This document shows, piece after piece, positions 40,201-54,700 of a DNA stretch of 64,000 nucleotides. The stretch's first letter is position 1; the number at the start of each line of letters is the position of its first letter. The stretch is from positions 35,464,001 to 35,528,000 of the forward strand of contig OZ024758.1 of NCBI GenBank assembly GCA_964016885.1, read 5' to 3'. The DNA is from Eledone cirrhosa (taxonomy: Eukaryota). The notes under the pieces were generated by a model. The model made no database searches, was not told the DNA's origin, and saw only the letters and a program-made list of their open reading frames with translations. The translations under genes were made by a program, and so were the position numbers.

Positions 40201-40639
40201 GAGAATTCATTTAAGTCATGGTACTAGCTGTCAGAAGTAACTCCAATGTTGGTGAGAATTCATTTAAGTTCATGGTATTAGCTGTCAGAAGGAACTCCAC
40301 TGTTGGTGAGAATTCATTTAAGTTCATGGTATTAGCTGTCAGAAGTAACTCCACTGTTGGTGAGAATTCATTTAAGTTCATGGTATTAGCTGTCAGAAGT
40401 AACTCCACTGTTGGTGAGAATTCATTTAAGTTCATGGTACTAGCTGTCAGAAGTAACTCCAATGTTGGTGAGAATTCATTTAAGTTCATGGTATTAGCTG
40501 TCAGAAGTAACTCCACTGTTGGTGAGAATTCATTTAAGTCATGGTATTAGCTGTCAGAAGTAACTCCAATGTTGGTGAGAATTCATTTAAGTTCATGGTA
40601 TTAGCTGTCAGAAGTAACTCCACTGTTGGTCAGAATTCA

Positions 40640-43600
40640 TTTAAGTCATGGTATTAGCTGTCAGAAGTAACTCCAATGTTGGTGAGAATTCATTTAAGTT
40701 CATGGTATTAGCTGTCAGAAGTAACTCCACTGTTGGTGAGAATTCATTTAAGTTCATGGTATTAGCTGTCAGAAGTAACTCCACTGTTGGTGAGAATTCA
40801 TTTAAGTTCATGGTACTAGCTGTCAGAAGTAACTCCACTGTTGGTGAGAATTCATTTAAGTTCATGGTATTAGTTTGTCAGAAGTAACTCCACTGTTGGT
40901 GAGAATTCATTTAAGTCGTGGTATTAGTTGTCAGAAGTAACTCCAATGTTGGTGTGAATTCATTTAAGTTCATGGTACCAGCTGTCAGAAGTAACTCCAC
41001 TGTTGGTGAGAATTCATTTAAGTTCATGGTATTAGCTGTCAGAAGTAACTCCTCTGTTGGTGAGAATTCATTTAAGTCATGGTATTAGCTGTCAGAAGTA
41101 ACTCCAATGTTGGTGAGAATTCATTTAAGTCATGGTACTATCTGTCAGAAGTAACTCCAATGTTGGTGAGAATTCATTTAAGTTCATGGTATTAGCTGTC
41201 AGAAGTAACTCCACTGTTGGTGAGAATTCATTTAAGTTCATGGTATTAGCTGTCAGAAGTAACTCCACTGTTGGTGAGAATTCATTTAAGGCATGGTATT
41301 AGCTGTCAGAAGTAACTCCAATGTTGGTGAGAATTCATTTAAGTTCATGGTATTAGCTGTCAGAAGTCACTCCACTGTTGGTGAGAATTCATTTAAGTTC
41401 ATGGTATTAGCTGTCAGAAGTAACTCCACTGTTGGTGAGAATTCATTTAAGTTCATGGTATTAGCTGTCAGAAGGAACTCCAATGTTGGTGAGAATTCAT
41501 TTAAGTCATGGTACTAGCTGTCAGAAGTAACTCCACTGTTGGTGAGAATTCATTTAAGTTCATGGTATTAGCTGTCAGAAGGAACGCCACTGTTTGTGAG
41601 AATTCATTTAAGTTCATGGTATTAGCTGTCAGAAGTAACTCCACTGTTGGTGAGAATTCATTTAAGTTCATGGTACTAGCTGTCAGAAGTAACTCCAATG
41701 TTGGTGAGAATTCATTTAAGTTCATGGTATTAGCTGTCAGAAGGAACTCCACTGTTGCTGAGAATTCATTTAAGTTCATGGTATTAGCTGTCAGAAGGAA
41801 CTCCACTGTTGGTGAGAATTCATTTAAGTTCATGGTACTAGCTGTCAGAAGTAACTCCACTGTTGGTGAGAATTCATTTAAGTTCATGGTACTAGCTGTC
41901 AGAAGAAACTCCAATGTTGGTGAGAATTCATTTAAGTTCATGGTATTAGCTGTCAGAAGTCACTCCACTGTTGGTGAGAATTCATTTAAGTTCATGGTAT
42001 TAGCTGTCAGAAGTAACTCCAATGTTGGTGAGAATTCATTTAAGTTCATGGTATTAGCTGTCAGAAGTCACTCCAATGTTGGTGAGAATTCATTTAAGTT
42101 CATGGTATTAGCTGTCAGAAGTAACTCCACTGTTGGTGAGAATTCATTTAAGTTCATGGTATTAGTTTGTCAGAAGTAACTCCACTGTAGGTGAGAATTC
42201 ATTTAAGTCATGGTATTAGTTGTCAGAAGTAACTCCAATGTTGGTGAGAATTCATTTAAGTTCATGGTATTAGCTGTCAGAAGGAACTCCACTGTTGGTG
42301 AGAATTCATTTAAGTTCATGGTATTAGTTGTCAGAAGTAACTCCACTGTTGGTGAGAATTCATTTAAGTCATGGTATTAGCTGTCAGAAGTAACTCCAAT
42401 GTTGGTGAGAATTCATTTAAGTCATGGTACTATCTGTCAGAAGTAACTCCAATGTTGCTGAGAATTCATTTAAGTTCATGGTATTAGCTGTCAGAAGTAA
42501 CTCGACTGTTGGTGAGAATTCATTTAAGTTCATGGTATCAGCTGTCAGAAGTAACTCCACTGTTGGTGAGAATTCATTTAAGTCATGGTATTAGCTGTCA
42601 GAAGTAACTCCAATGTTGGTGAGAATTCATTTAAGTTCATGGTATTAGCTGTCAGAAGTCACTACACTGTTGGTGAGAATTCATTTAAGTTCATGGTATT
42701 AGCTGTCAGAAGTAACTCCACTGTTGGTGAGAATTCATTTAAGTTCATGGTATTAGCTGTCAGAAGGAACTCCACTGTTGGTGAGAATTCATTTAAGTTC
42801 ATGGTATTAGCTGTCAGAAGTAACTCCACTGTTGGTGAGAATTCATTTAAGTTCATGGTATTAGTTTGTCAGAAGTAACACCACTGTTGGTGAGAATTCA
42901 TTTAAGTCATGGTATTAGTTTGTCAGAAGTAACTCCACTGTTGGTGAGAATTCATTTAAGTCATGGTATTAGTTGTCAGAAGTAACTCCAATGTTGGTGA
43001 GAATTCATTTAAGTTCATGGTACCAGCTGTCAGAAGTAACTCCACTGTTGGTGAGAATTCATTTAAGTTCATGGTATTAGCTGTCAGAAGTAACTCCTCT
43101 GTTGGTGAGAATTCATTTAAGTCATGGTATTAGCTGTCAGAAGTAACTCCAATGTTGGTGAGAATTCATTTAAGTCATGGTACTATCTGTCAGAAGTAAC
43201 TCCAATGTTGGTGAGAATTCATTTAAGTTCATGGTATTAGCTGTCAGAAGTAACTCCACTGTTGGTGAGAATTCATTTAAGTTCATGGTATTAGCTGTCA
43301 GAAGTAACTCCACTGTTGGTGAGAATTCATTTAAGGCATGGTATTAGCTGTCAGAAGTAACTCCAATGTTGGTGAGAATTCATTTAAGTTCATGGTATTA
43401 GCTGTCAGAAGTCACTCCACTGTTGGTGAGAATTCATTTAAGTTCATGGTATTAGCTGTCAGAAGTAACTCCACTGTTGGTGAGAATTCATTTAAGTTCA
43501 TGGTATTAGCTGTCAGAAGGAACTCCAATGTTGGTGAGAATTCATTTAAGTCATGGTACTAGCTGTCAGAAGTAACTCCACTGTTGGTGAGAATTCATTT

Positions 43601-45000
43601 AAGTTCATGGTATTAGCTGTCAGAAGGAACGCCACTGTTGGTGAGAATTCATTTAAGTTCATGGTATTAGCTGTCAGAAGTAACTCCACTGTTGGTGAGA
43701 ATTCATTTAAGTTCATGGTACTAGCTGTCAGAAGTAACTCCAATGTTGGTGAGAATTCATTTAAGTTCATGATATTAGCTGTCAGAAGGAACTCCACTGT
43801 TGGTGAGAATTCATTTAAGTTCATGGTACTAGCTGTCAGAAGTAACTCCACTGTTGGTGAGAATTCATTTAAGTTCATGGTACTAGCTGTCAGAAGTCAC
43901 TCCAATGTTGGTGAGAATTCATTTAAGTTCATGGTATTAGCTGTCAGAAGTAACTCCACTGTTGGTGAGAATTCATTTAAGTTCATGGTATTAGTTTGTC
44001 AGAAGTAACTCCACTGTAGGTGAGAATTCATTTAAGTCATGGTATTAGTTGTCAGAAGTAACTCCAATGTTGGTGAGAATTCATTTAAGTTCATGGTATT
44101 AGCTGTCAGAAGGAACTCCACTGTTGGTGAGAATTCATTTAAGTTCATGGTATTAGCTGTCAGAAGGAACTCCAATGTTGGTGAGAATTCATTTAAGTCA
44201 TGGTACTAGCTGTCAGAAGTAACTCCACTGTTGGTGAGAATTCATTTAAGTTCATGGTATTAGTTGTCGGAAGTAACTCCACTGTTGGTGAGAATTCATT
44301 TAAGTTCATGGTACTAGCTGTCAGAAGTAACTCCAATGTTGGTGAGAATTCATTTAAGTTCATGGTATTAGCTGTCAGAAGGAACTCCACTGTTGGTGAG
44401 AATTCATTTAAGTTCATGGTATTAGCTTTCAGAAGTAACTCCACTGTTGGTGAGAATTCATTTAAGTCATGGTATTAGCTGTCAGAAGTAACTCCAATGT
44501 TGGTGAGAATTCATTTAAGTCATGGTACTATCTGTCAGAAGTAACTCCAATGTTGCTGAGAATTCATTTAAGTTCATGGTATTAGCTGTCAGAAGTAACT
44601 CGACTGTTGGTGAGAATTCATTTAAGTTCATGGTATCAGCTGTCAGAAGTAACTCCACTGTTGGTGAGAATTCATTTAAGTCATGGTATTAGCTGTCAGA
44701 AGTAACTCCAATGTTGGTGAGAATTCATTTAAGTTCATGGTATTAGCTGTCAGAAGTCACTACACTGTTGGTGAGAATTCATTTAAGTTCATGGTATTAG
44801 CTGTCAGAAGTAACTCCACTGTTGGTGAGAATTCATTTAAGTTCATGGTATTAGCTGTCAGAAGGAACTCCACTGTTGGTGAGAATTCATTTAAGTTCAT
44901 GGTATTAGCTGTCAGAAGTAACTCCACTGTTGGTGAGAATTCATTTAAGTTCATGGTATTAGCTGTCAGAAGGAACTCCACTGTTGGTGAGAATTCATTT
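40640..45000 (+). repeat. HOR domain D: two diverged copies of a ~2.05-2.1 kb (38-39 monomer) unit
   Basis: Paired private variants: GTACCAGCTG (~40975/43020), AAGGCATGG (~41288/43333), CTCGACTG (~42501/44599), GTATCAGCTG (~42535/44633) and CACTACAC (~42660/44758). Offsets are 2045 and 2098 bp. Confidence 0.85.
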
Positions 45001-46028
45001 AAGTTCATGGTATTAGCTGTCAGAAGTAACTCCACTGTTGGTGAGAATTCATTTAAGTTCATGGTATTAGCTGTCAGAAGTAACTCCACTGTTGGTGAGA
45101 ATTCATTTAAGTTCATGGTACTAGCTGTCAGAAGTAACTCCAATGTTGGTGAGAATTCATTTAAGTTCATGGTATTAGCTGTCAGAAGTAACTCCACTGT
45201 TGGTGAGAATTCATTTAAGTCATGGTATTAGCTGTCAGAAGTAACTCCAATGTTGGTGAGAATTCATTTAAGTTCATGGTATTAGCTGTCAGAAGTAACT
45301 CCACTGTTGGTGGGAATTCATTTAAGTCATGGTATTAGCTGTCAGAAGTAACTCCAATGTTGGTGAGAATTCATTTAAGTTCATGGTATTAGCTGTCAGA
45401 AGTAACTCCACTGTTGGTGAGAATTCATTTAAGTTCATGGTATTAGCTGTCAGAAGTAACTCCACTGTTGGTGAGAATTCATTTAAGTTCATGGTACTAG
45501 CTGTCAGAAGTAACTCCACTGTTGGTGAGAATTCATTTAAGTTCATGGTATTAGCTGTCAGAAGTAACTCCACTGTTGGTGAGAATTCATTTAAGTTCAT
45601 GGTACTAGCTGTCAGAAGTAACTCCAATGTTGGTGAGAATTCATTTAAGTTCATGGTATTAGCTGTCAGAAGTAACTCCACTGTTGGTGAGAATTCATTT
45701 AAGTCATGGTATTAGCTGTCAGAAGTAACTCCAATGTTGGTGAGAATTCATTTAAGTTCATGGTATTAGCTGTCAGAAGTAACTCCACTGTTGGTGAGAA
45801 TTCATTTAAGTTCATGGTATTAGCTGTCAGAAGTAACTCCACTGTTGGTGAGAATTCATTTAAGTTCATGGTATTAGCTGTCAGAAGTCACTCCAATGTT
45901 GGTGAGAATTCATTTAAGTTCATGGTATTAGCTGTCAGAAGTCACTCCACTGTTGGTGAGAATTCATTTAAGTTCATGGTATTAGCTGTCAGAAGTAACC
46001 CCAATGTTGGTGAGAATTCATTTAAGTC

Positions 46029-49000
46029 ATGGTATTAGTTGTCAGAAGTAACTCCAATGTAGGTGAGAATTCATTTAAGTTCATGGTACAAGCTGTCAGA
46101 AGTAACTCCACTGTTGGTGAGAATTCATTTAAGTTCATGGTATTAGCTGTCAGAAGTAACTCCACTGTTGGTGAGAATTCATTTAAGTCATGTTATTAGC
46201 TGTCAGAAGTAACTCCAATGTTGGTGAGAATTCATTTAAGTCATGGTACTAACTGTCAGAAGTAACTCCAATGTTGGTGAGAATTCATTTAAGTTCATGG
46301 TATTAGCTGTCAGAAGTAACTCCACTGTTGGTGAGAATTCATTTAAGTTCATGGTATTAGCTGTCAGAAGTAACTCCACTGTTGGTGAGAATTCATTTAA
46401 GTCATGGTATTAGCTGTCAGAAGTAACTCCAATGTTGGTGAGAATTCATTTAAGTTCATGGTATTAGCTGTCAGAAGGAACTCCACTGTTGGTGAGAATT
46501 CATTTAAGTTCATGGTATTAGCTGTCAGAAGTAACTCCACTGTTGGTGAGAATTCATTTAAGTTCATGGTACTAGCTGTCAGAAGTAACTCCACTGTTGG
46601 TGAGAATTCATTTAAGTTCATGGTATTAGTTTGTCAGAAGTAACTCCACTGTTGGTGAGAATTCATTTAAGTCATGGTATTAGTTGTCAGAAGTAACTCC
46701 AATGTTGGTGAGAATTCATTTAAGTTCATGGTACAAGCTGTCAGAAGTAACTCCACTGTTGGTGAGAATTCATTTAAGTTCATGGTATTAGCTGTCAGAA
46801 GTAACTCCACTGTTGGTGAGAATTCATTTAAGTCATGGTATTAGCTGTCAGAAGTAACTCCAATGTTGGTGAGAATTCATTTAAGTCATGGTACTAGCTG
46901 TCAGAAGTAACTCCAATGTTGGTGAGAATTCATTTAAGTTCATGGTATTAGCTGTCAGAAGTAACTCTACTGTTGGTGAGAATTCATTTAAGTTCATGGT
47001 ATTAGCTGTCAGAAGTAACTCCACTGTTGGTGAGAATTCATTTAAGTCATGGTATTAGCTGTCAGAAGTAACTCCAATGTTGGTGAGAATTCATTTAAGT
47101 TCATGGTATTAGCTGTCAGAAGTCACTCCACTGTTGGTGAGAATTCATTTAAGTTCATGGTACTAGCTGTCAGAAGTAACTCCAATGTTGGTGAGAATTC
47201 ATTTAAGTTCATGGTATTAGCTGTCAGAAGGAACTCCACTGTTGCTGAGAATTCATTTAAGTTCATGGTATTAGCTGTCAGAAGGAACTCCACTGTTGGT
47301 GAGAATTCATTTAAGTTCATGGTACTAGCTGTCAGAAGTAACTCCACTGTTGGTGAGAATTCATTTAAGTTCATGGTACTAGCTGTCAGAAGTAACTCCA
47401 ATGTTGGTGAGAATTCATTTAAGTTCATGGTATTAGCTGTCAGAAGGAACTCCACTGTTGCTGAGAATTCATTTAAGTTCATGGTATTAGCTGTCAGAAG
47501 GAACTCCACTGTTGCTGAGAATTCATTTAAGTTCATGGTATTAGCTGTCAGAAGGAACTCCACTGTTGGTGAGAATTCATTTAAGTTCATGGTACTAGCT
47601 GTCAGAAGTAACTCCAATGTTGGTGAGAATTCATTTAAGTTCATGGTATTAGCTGTCAGAAGTAACTCCACTGTTGGTGAGAATTCATTTAAGTTCATGG
47701 TATTAGCTGTCAGAAGTAACTCCACTGTTGGTGAGAATTCATTTAAGTTCATGGTACTAGCTGTCAGAAGTAACTCCACTGTTGGTGAGAATTCATTTAA
47801 GTTCATGGTATTAGCTGTCAGAAGTAACTCCACTGTTGGTGAGAATTCATTTAAGTTCATGGTACTAGCTGTCAGAAGTAACTCCAATGTTGGTGAGAAT
47901 TCATTTAAGTTCATGGTATTAGCTGTCAGAAGTAACTCCACTGTTGGTGAGAATTCATTTAAGTCATGGTATTAGCTGTCAGAAGTAACTCCAATGTTGG
48001 TGAGAATTCATTTAAGTTCATGGTATTAGCTGTCAGAAGTAACTCCACTGTTGGTGAGAATTCATTTAAGTTCATGGTATTAGCTGTCAGAAGTAACTCC
48101 ACTGTTGGTGAGAATTCATTTAAGTTCATGGTACTAGCTGTCAGAAGTAACTCCAATGTTGGTGAGAATTCATTTAAGTTCATGGTATTAGCTGTCAGAA
48201 GTAACTCCACTGTTGGTGAGAATTCATTTAAGTTCATGGTACTAGCTGTCAGAAGTAACTCCAATGTTGGTGAGAATTCATTTAAGTTCATGGTATTAGC
48301 TGTCAGAAGGAACTCCACTGTTGCTGAGAATTCATTTAAGTTCATGGTATTAGCTGTCAGAAGTAACTCCACTGTTGGTGAGAATTCATTTAGGTTCATG
48401 GTACTAGCTGTCAGAAGTAACTCCACTGTTGGTGAGAATTCATTTAAGTTCATGGTATTAGCTGTCAGAAGTCACTCCAATGTTGGTGAGAATTCATTTA
48501 AGTTCATGGTATTAGCTGTCAGAAGTCACTCCACTGTTGGTGAGAATTCATTTAAGTTCATGGTATTAGCTGTCAGAAGTAACCCCAATGTTGGTGAGAA
48601 TTCATTTAAGTTCATGGTACTAGCTGTCAGAAGTAACTCCAATGTTGGTGAGAATTCATTTAAGTTCATGGTATTAGCTGTCAGAAGGAACTCCACTGTT
48701 GCTGAGAATTCATTTAAGTTCATGGTATTAGCTGTCAGAAGGAACTCCACTGTTGGTGAGAATTCATTTAAGTTCATGGTACTAGCTGTCAGAAGTAACT
48801 CCACTGTTGGTGAGAATTCATTTAAGTTCATGGTACTAGCTGTCAGAAGTAACTCCAATGTTGGTGAGAATTCATTTAAGTTCATGGTATTAGCTGTCAG
48901 AAGGAACTCCACTGTTGCTGAGAATTCATTTAAGTTCATGGTATTAGCTGTCAGAAGGAACTCCACTGTTGCTGAGAATTCATTTAAGTTCATGGTATTA

Positions 49001-51700
49001 GCTGTCAGAAGGAACTCCACTGTTGGTGAGAATTCATTTAAGTTCATGGTACTAGCTGTCAGAAGTAACTCCAATGTTGGTGAGAATTCATTTAAGTTCA
49101 TGGTATTAGCTGTCAGAAGTAACTCCACTGTTGGTGAGAATTCATTTAAGTTCATGGTATTAGCTGTCAGAAGTAACTCCACTGTTGGTGAGAATTCATT
49201 TAAGTTCATGGTACTAGCTGTCAGAAGTAACTCCACTGTTGGTGAGAATTCATTTAAGTTCATGGTATTAGCTGTCAGAAGTAACTCCACTGTTGGTGAG
49301 AATTCATTTAAGTTCATGGTACTAGCTGTCAGAAGTAACTCCAATGTTGGTGAGAATTCATTTAAGTTCATGGTATTAGCTGTCAGAAGTAACTCCACTG
49401 TTGGTGAGAATTCATTTAAGTCATGGTATTAGCTGTCAGAAGTAACTCCAATGTTGGTGAGAATTCATTTAAGTTCATGGTATTAGCTGTCAGAAGTAAC
49501 TCCACTGTTGGTGAGAATTCATTTAAGTTCATGGTATTAGCTGTCAGAAGTAACTCCACTGTTGGTGAGAATTCATTTAAGTTCATGGTACTAGCTGTCA
49601 GAAGTAACTCCAATGTTGGTGAGAATTCATTTAAGTTCATGGTATTAGCTGTCAGAAGTAACTCCACTGTTGGTGAGAATTCATTTAAGTTCATGGTACT
49701 AGCTGTCAGAAGTAACTCCAATGTTGGTGAGAATTCATTTAAGTTCATGGTATTAGCTGTCAGAAGGAACTCCACTGTTGCTGAGAATTCATTTAAGTTC
49801 ATGGTATTAGCTGTCAGAAGTAACTCCACTGTTGGTGAGAATTCATTTAGGTTCATGGTACTAGCTGTCAGAAGTAACTCCACTGTTGGTGAGAATTCAT
49901 TTAAGTTCATGGTATTAGCTGTCAGAAGTCACTCCAATGTTGGTGAGAATTCATTTAAGTTCATGGTATTAGCTGTCAGAAGTCACTCCACTGTTGGTGA
50001 GAATTCATTTAAGTTCATGGTATTAGCTGTCAGAAGTAACCCCAATGTTGGTGAGAATTCATTTAAGTCATGGTATTAGTTGTCAGAAGTAACTCCAATG
50101 TTGGTGAGAATTCATTTAAGTTCATGGTACAAGCTGTCAGAAGTAACTCCACTGTTGGTGGAATTCATTTAAGTTCATGGTATTAGCTGTCAGAAGTAAC
50201 TCCACTGTTGGTGAGAATTCATTTAAGTCATGGTATTAGCTGTCAGAAGTAACTCCAATGTTGGTGAGAATTCATTTAAGTCATGGTACTAACTGTCAGA
50301 AGTAACTCCAATGTTGGTGAGAATTCATTTAAGTTCATGGTATTAGCTGTCAGAAGTAACTCCACTGTTGGTGAGAATTCATTTAAGTTCATGGTATTAG
50401 CTGTCAGAAGTAACTCCACTGTTGGTGAGAATTCATTTAAGTCATGGTATTAGCTGTCAGAAGTAACTCCAATGTTGGTGAGAATTCATTTAAGTTCATG
50501 GTATTAGCTGTCAGAAGGAACTCCACTGTTGGTGAGAATTCATTTAAGTTCATGGTATTAGCTGTCAGAAGTAACTCCACTGTTGGTGAGAATTCATTTA
50601 AGTTCATGGTACTAGCTGTCAGAAGTAACTCCACTGTTGGTGAGAATTCATTTAAGTTCATGGTATTAGTTTGTCAGAAGTAACTCCACTGTTGGTGAGA
50701 ATTCATTTAAGTCATGGTATTAGTTGTCAGAAGTAACTCCAATGTTGGTGAGAATTCATTTAAGTTCATGGTACAAGCTGTCAGAAGTAACTCCACTGTT
50801 GGTGAGAATTCATTTAAGTTCATGGTATTAGCTGTCAGAAGTAACTCCACTGTTGGTGAGAATTCATTTAAGTCATGGTATTAGCTGTCAGAAGTAACTC
50901 CAATGTTGGTGAGAATTCATTTAAGTCATGGTACTAGCTGTCAGAAGTAACTCCAATGTTGGTGAGAATTCATTTAAGTTCATGGTATTAGCTGTCAGAA
51001 GTAACTCCACTGTTGGTGAGAATTCATTTAAGTTCATGGTATTAGCTGTCAGAAGTAACTCCACTGTTGGTGAGAATTCATTTAAGTCATGGTATTAGCT
51101 GTCAGAAGTAACTCCAATGTTGGTGAGAATTCATTTAAGTTCATGGTATTAGCTGTCAGAAGTCACTCCACTGTTGGTGAGAATTCATTTAAGTTCATGG
51201 TACTAGCTGTCAGAAGTAACTCCAATGTTGGTGAGAATTCATTTAAGTTCATGGTATTAGCTGTCAGAAGGAACTCCACTGTTGCTGAGAATTCATTTAA
51301 GTTCATGGTATTAGCTGTCAGAAGGAACTCCACTGTTGGTGAGAATTCATTTAAGTTCATGGTACTAGCTGTCAGAAGTAACTCCACTGTTGGTGAGAAT
51401 TCATTTAAGTTCATGGTACTAGCTGTCAGAAGTAACTCCAATGTTGGTGAGAATTCATTTAAGTTCATGGTATTAGCTGTCAGAAGGAACTCCACTGTTG
51501 CTGAGAATTCATTTAAGTTCATGGTATTAGCTGTCAGAAGGAACTCCACTGTTGCTGAGAATTCATTTAAGTTCATGGTATTAGCTGTCAGAAGGAACTC
51601 CACTGTTGGTGAGAATTCATTTAAGTTCATGGTACTAGCTGTCAGAAGTAACTCCACTGTTGGTGAGAATTCATTTAAGTTCATGGTACTAGCTGTCAGA
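46029..51700 (+). repeat. HOR domain E: 1,457-bp (27-monomer) tandem duplication nested between copies of a block repeated at a 4,040-bp offset
   Basis: Variant order over ~47157-48613 matches ~48614-50070 (ORF starts 47966/49423). Blocks 46404/50444 and 47049/51089 are offset by 4040 bp, as is the marker TACTAACTGT (~46247/50287). Confidence 0.82.
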
Positions 51701-54700
51701 AGTAACTCCAATGTTGGTGAGAATTCATTTAAGTTCATGGTATTAGCTGTCAGAAGGAAGTCCACTGTTGCTGAGAATTCATTTAAGTTCATGGTATTAG
51801 CTGTCAGAAGTAACTCCACTGTTGGTGAGAATTCATTTAGGTTCATGGTACTAGCTGTCAGAAGTAACTCCACTGTTGGTGAGAATTCATTTAAGTTCAT
51901 GGTATTAGCTGTCAGAAGTCACTCCAATGTTGGTGAGAATTCATTTAAGTTCATGGTATTAGCTGTCAGAAGTCACTCCACTGTTGGTGAGAATTCATTT
52001 AAGTTCATGGTATTAGCTGTCAGAAGTAACCCCAATGTTGGTGAGATTTCATTTAAGTTCATGGTATTAGCTGTCAGAAGTCACTCCATTGTAGGTGAGA
52101 ATTCATTTAAGTCATGGTATTAGTTGTCAGAAGTAACTCCAATGTTGGTGAGAATTCATTTAAGTTCATGGTATTAGCTGTCAGAAGGAACTCCACTGTT
52201 GGTGAGAATTCATTTAAGTTCATGGTATTAGCTGTCAGAAGGAACTCCAATGTTGGTGAGAATTCATTTAAGTTCATGGTATTAGCTGTCAGAAGTAACT
52301 CCACTGTTGGTGAGAATTCATTTAAGTTCATGGTATTAGCTGTCAGAAGGAACTCCACTGTTGGTGAGAATTCATTTAAGTTCATGGTACTAGCTGTCAG
52401 AAGTAACTCCACTGTTGGTGAGAATTCATTTAAGTTCATGGTATTAGTTTGTCAGAAGTAACTCCACTGTTGGTGAGAATTCATTTAAGTCATGGTATTA
52501 GTTGTCAGAAGTAATCCAATGTTGGTGAGAATTCATTTAAGTCATGGTACTAGCTGTCAGAAGTAACTCCAATATTGGTGAGAATTCATTTAAGTTCATG
52601 GTATTAGCTGTCAGAAGGAACTCCACTGTTGGTGAGAATTCATTTAAGTTCATGGTATTAGCTGTCAGAAGTAACTCCACTGTTGGTGAGAATTCATTTA
52701 AGTTCATGGTATTAGCTGTCAGAAGGAACTCCACTGTTGGTCAGAATTCATATAAGTTCATGGTATTAGCTGTCAGAAGTAACTCCACTGTTGGTGAGAA
52801 TTCATTTAAGTTCATGGTATTAGCTGTCAGAAGTAACTCCACTGTTGGTGAGAATTCATTTAAGTTCATGGTACTAGCTGTCAGAAGTAACTCCAATGTT
52901 GGTGAGAATTCATTTAAGTTCATGGTATTAGCTGTCAGAAGTAACTCCACTGTTGGTGAGAATTCATTTAAGTCATGGTATTAGCTGTCAGAAGTAACTC
53001 CAATGTTGGTGAGAATTCATTTAAGTTCATGGTATTAGCTGTCAGAAGTAACTCCACTGTTGGTGAGAATTCATTTAAATCATGGTATTAGCTATCAGAA
53101 GTAACTCCAATGTTGGTGAGAATTCATTTAAGTTCATGGTATTAGCTGTCAGAAGTAACTCCACTGTTGGTGAGAATTCATTTAAGTTCATGGTATTAGC
53201 TGTCAGAAGTAACTCCACTGTTGGTGAGAATTCATTTAAATCATGGTATTAGTTGTCAGAAGTAACTCCAATGTTGGTGAGAATTCATGTAAGTTCATGG
53301 TACTAGGTGTCAGAAGTAACTCCACTGTTGGTGAGAATTCATTTAAGTTCATGGTATTAGTTTGTCAGAAGTAACTCCACTGTTGGTGAGAATTCATTTA
53401 AGTCATGGTATTAGTTGTCAGAAGTAACTCCAATGTTGGTGAGAATTCATTTAAGTTCATGGTATTAGTTTGTCAGAAGTAACTCCACTGTTGGTGAGAA
53501 TTCATTTAAGTCATGATATTAGTTGTCAGAAGTAACTCCAATGTTGGTGAGAATTCATTTAAGTTCATGGTATTAGCTGTCAGAAGGAACTCCACTGTTG
53601 GTGAGAATTCATTTAAGTTCATGGTATTAGCTGTCAGAAGTAACTCCACTCTTGGTGAGAATTCATTTAAGTTCATGGTACTAGCTGTCAGAAGTAACTC
53701 CACTGTTGGTGAGAATTCATTTAAGTTCATGGTATTAGTTTGTCAGAAGTAACTCCACTGTTGGTGAGAATTCATTTAAGTCATGGTATTAGTTGTCAGA
53801 AGTAACTCCAATGTTGGTGAGAATTCATTTAAGTTCATGGTACAAGCTGTCAGAAGTAACTCCACTGTTGGTGAGAATTCATTTAAGTTCATGGTATTAG
53901 CTGTCAGAAGTAACTCCACTGTTGGTGAGAATTCATTTAAGTCATGGTATTAGCTGTCAGAAGTAACTCCAATGTTGGTGAGAATTCATTTAAGTCATGG
54001 TACTAGCTGTCAGAAGTAACTCCAATGTTGGTGAGAATTCATTTAAGTTCATGGTATTAGCTGTCAGAAGTAACTCCACTGTTGGTGAGAATTCATTTAA
54101 GTTCATGGTATTAGCTGTCAGAAGTAACTCCACTGTTGGTGAGAATTCATTTAAGTCATGGTATTAGCTGTCAGAAGTAACTCCAATGTTGGTGAGAATT
54201 CATTTAAGTTCATGGTATTAGCTGTCAGAAGTCACTCCACTGTTGGTGAGAATTCATTTAAGTTCATGGTACTAGCTGTCAGAAGTAACTCCAATGTTGG
54301 TGAGAATTCATTTAAGTTCATGGTATTAGCTGTCAGAAGGAACTCCACTGTTGCTGAGAATTCATTTAAGTTCATGGTATTAGCTGTCAGAAGGAACTCC
54401 ACTGTTGGTGAGAATTCATTTAAGTTCATGGTACTAGCTGTGAGAAGTAACTCCACTGTTGGTGAGAATTCATTTAAGTTCATGGTACTAGCTGTCAGAA
54501 GTAACTCCAATGTTGGTGAGAATTCATTTAAGTTCATGGTATTAGCTGTCAGAAGGAACTCCACTGTTGCTGAGAATTCATTTAAGTTCATGGTATTAGC
54601 TGTCAGAAGGAACTCCACTGTTGCTGAGAATTCATTTAAGTTCATGGTATTAGCTGTCAGAAGGAACTCCACTGTTGGTGAGAATTCATTTAAGTTCATG

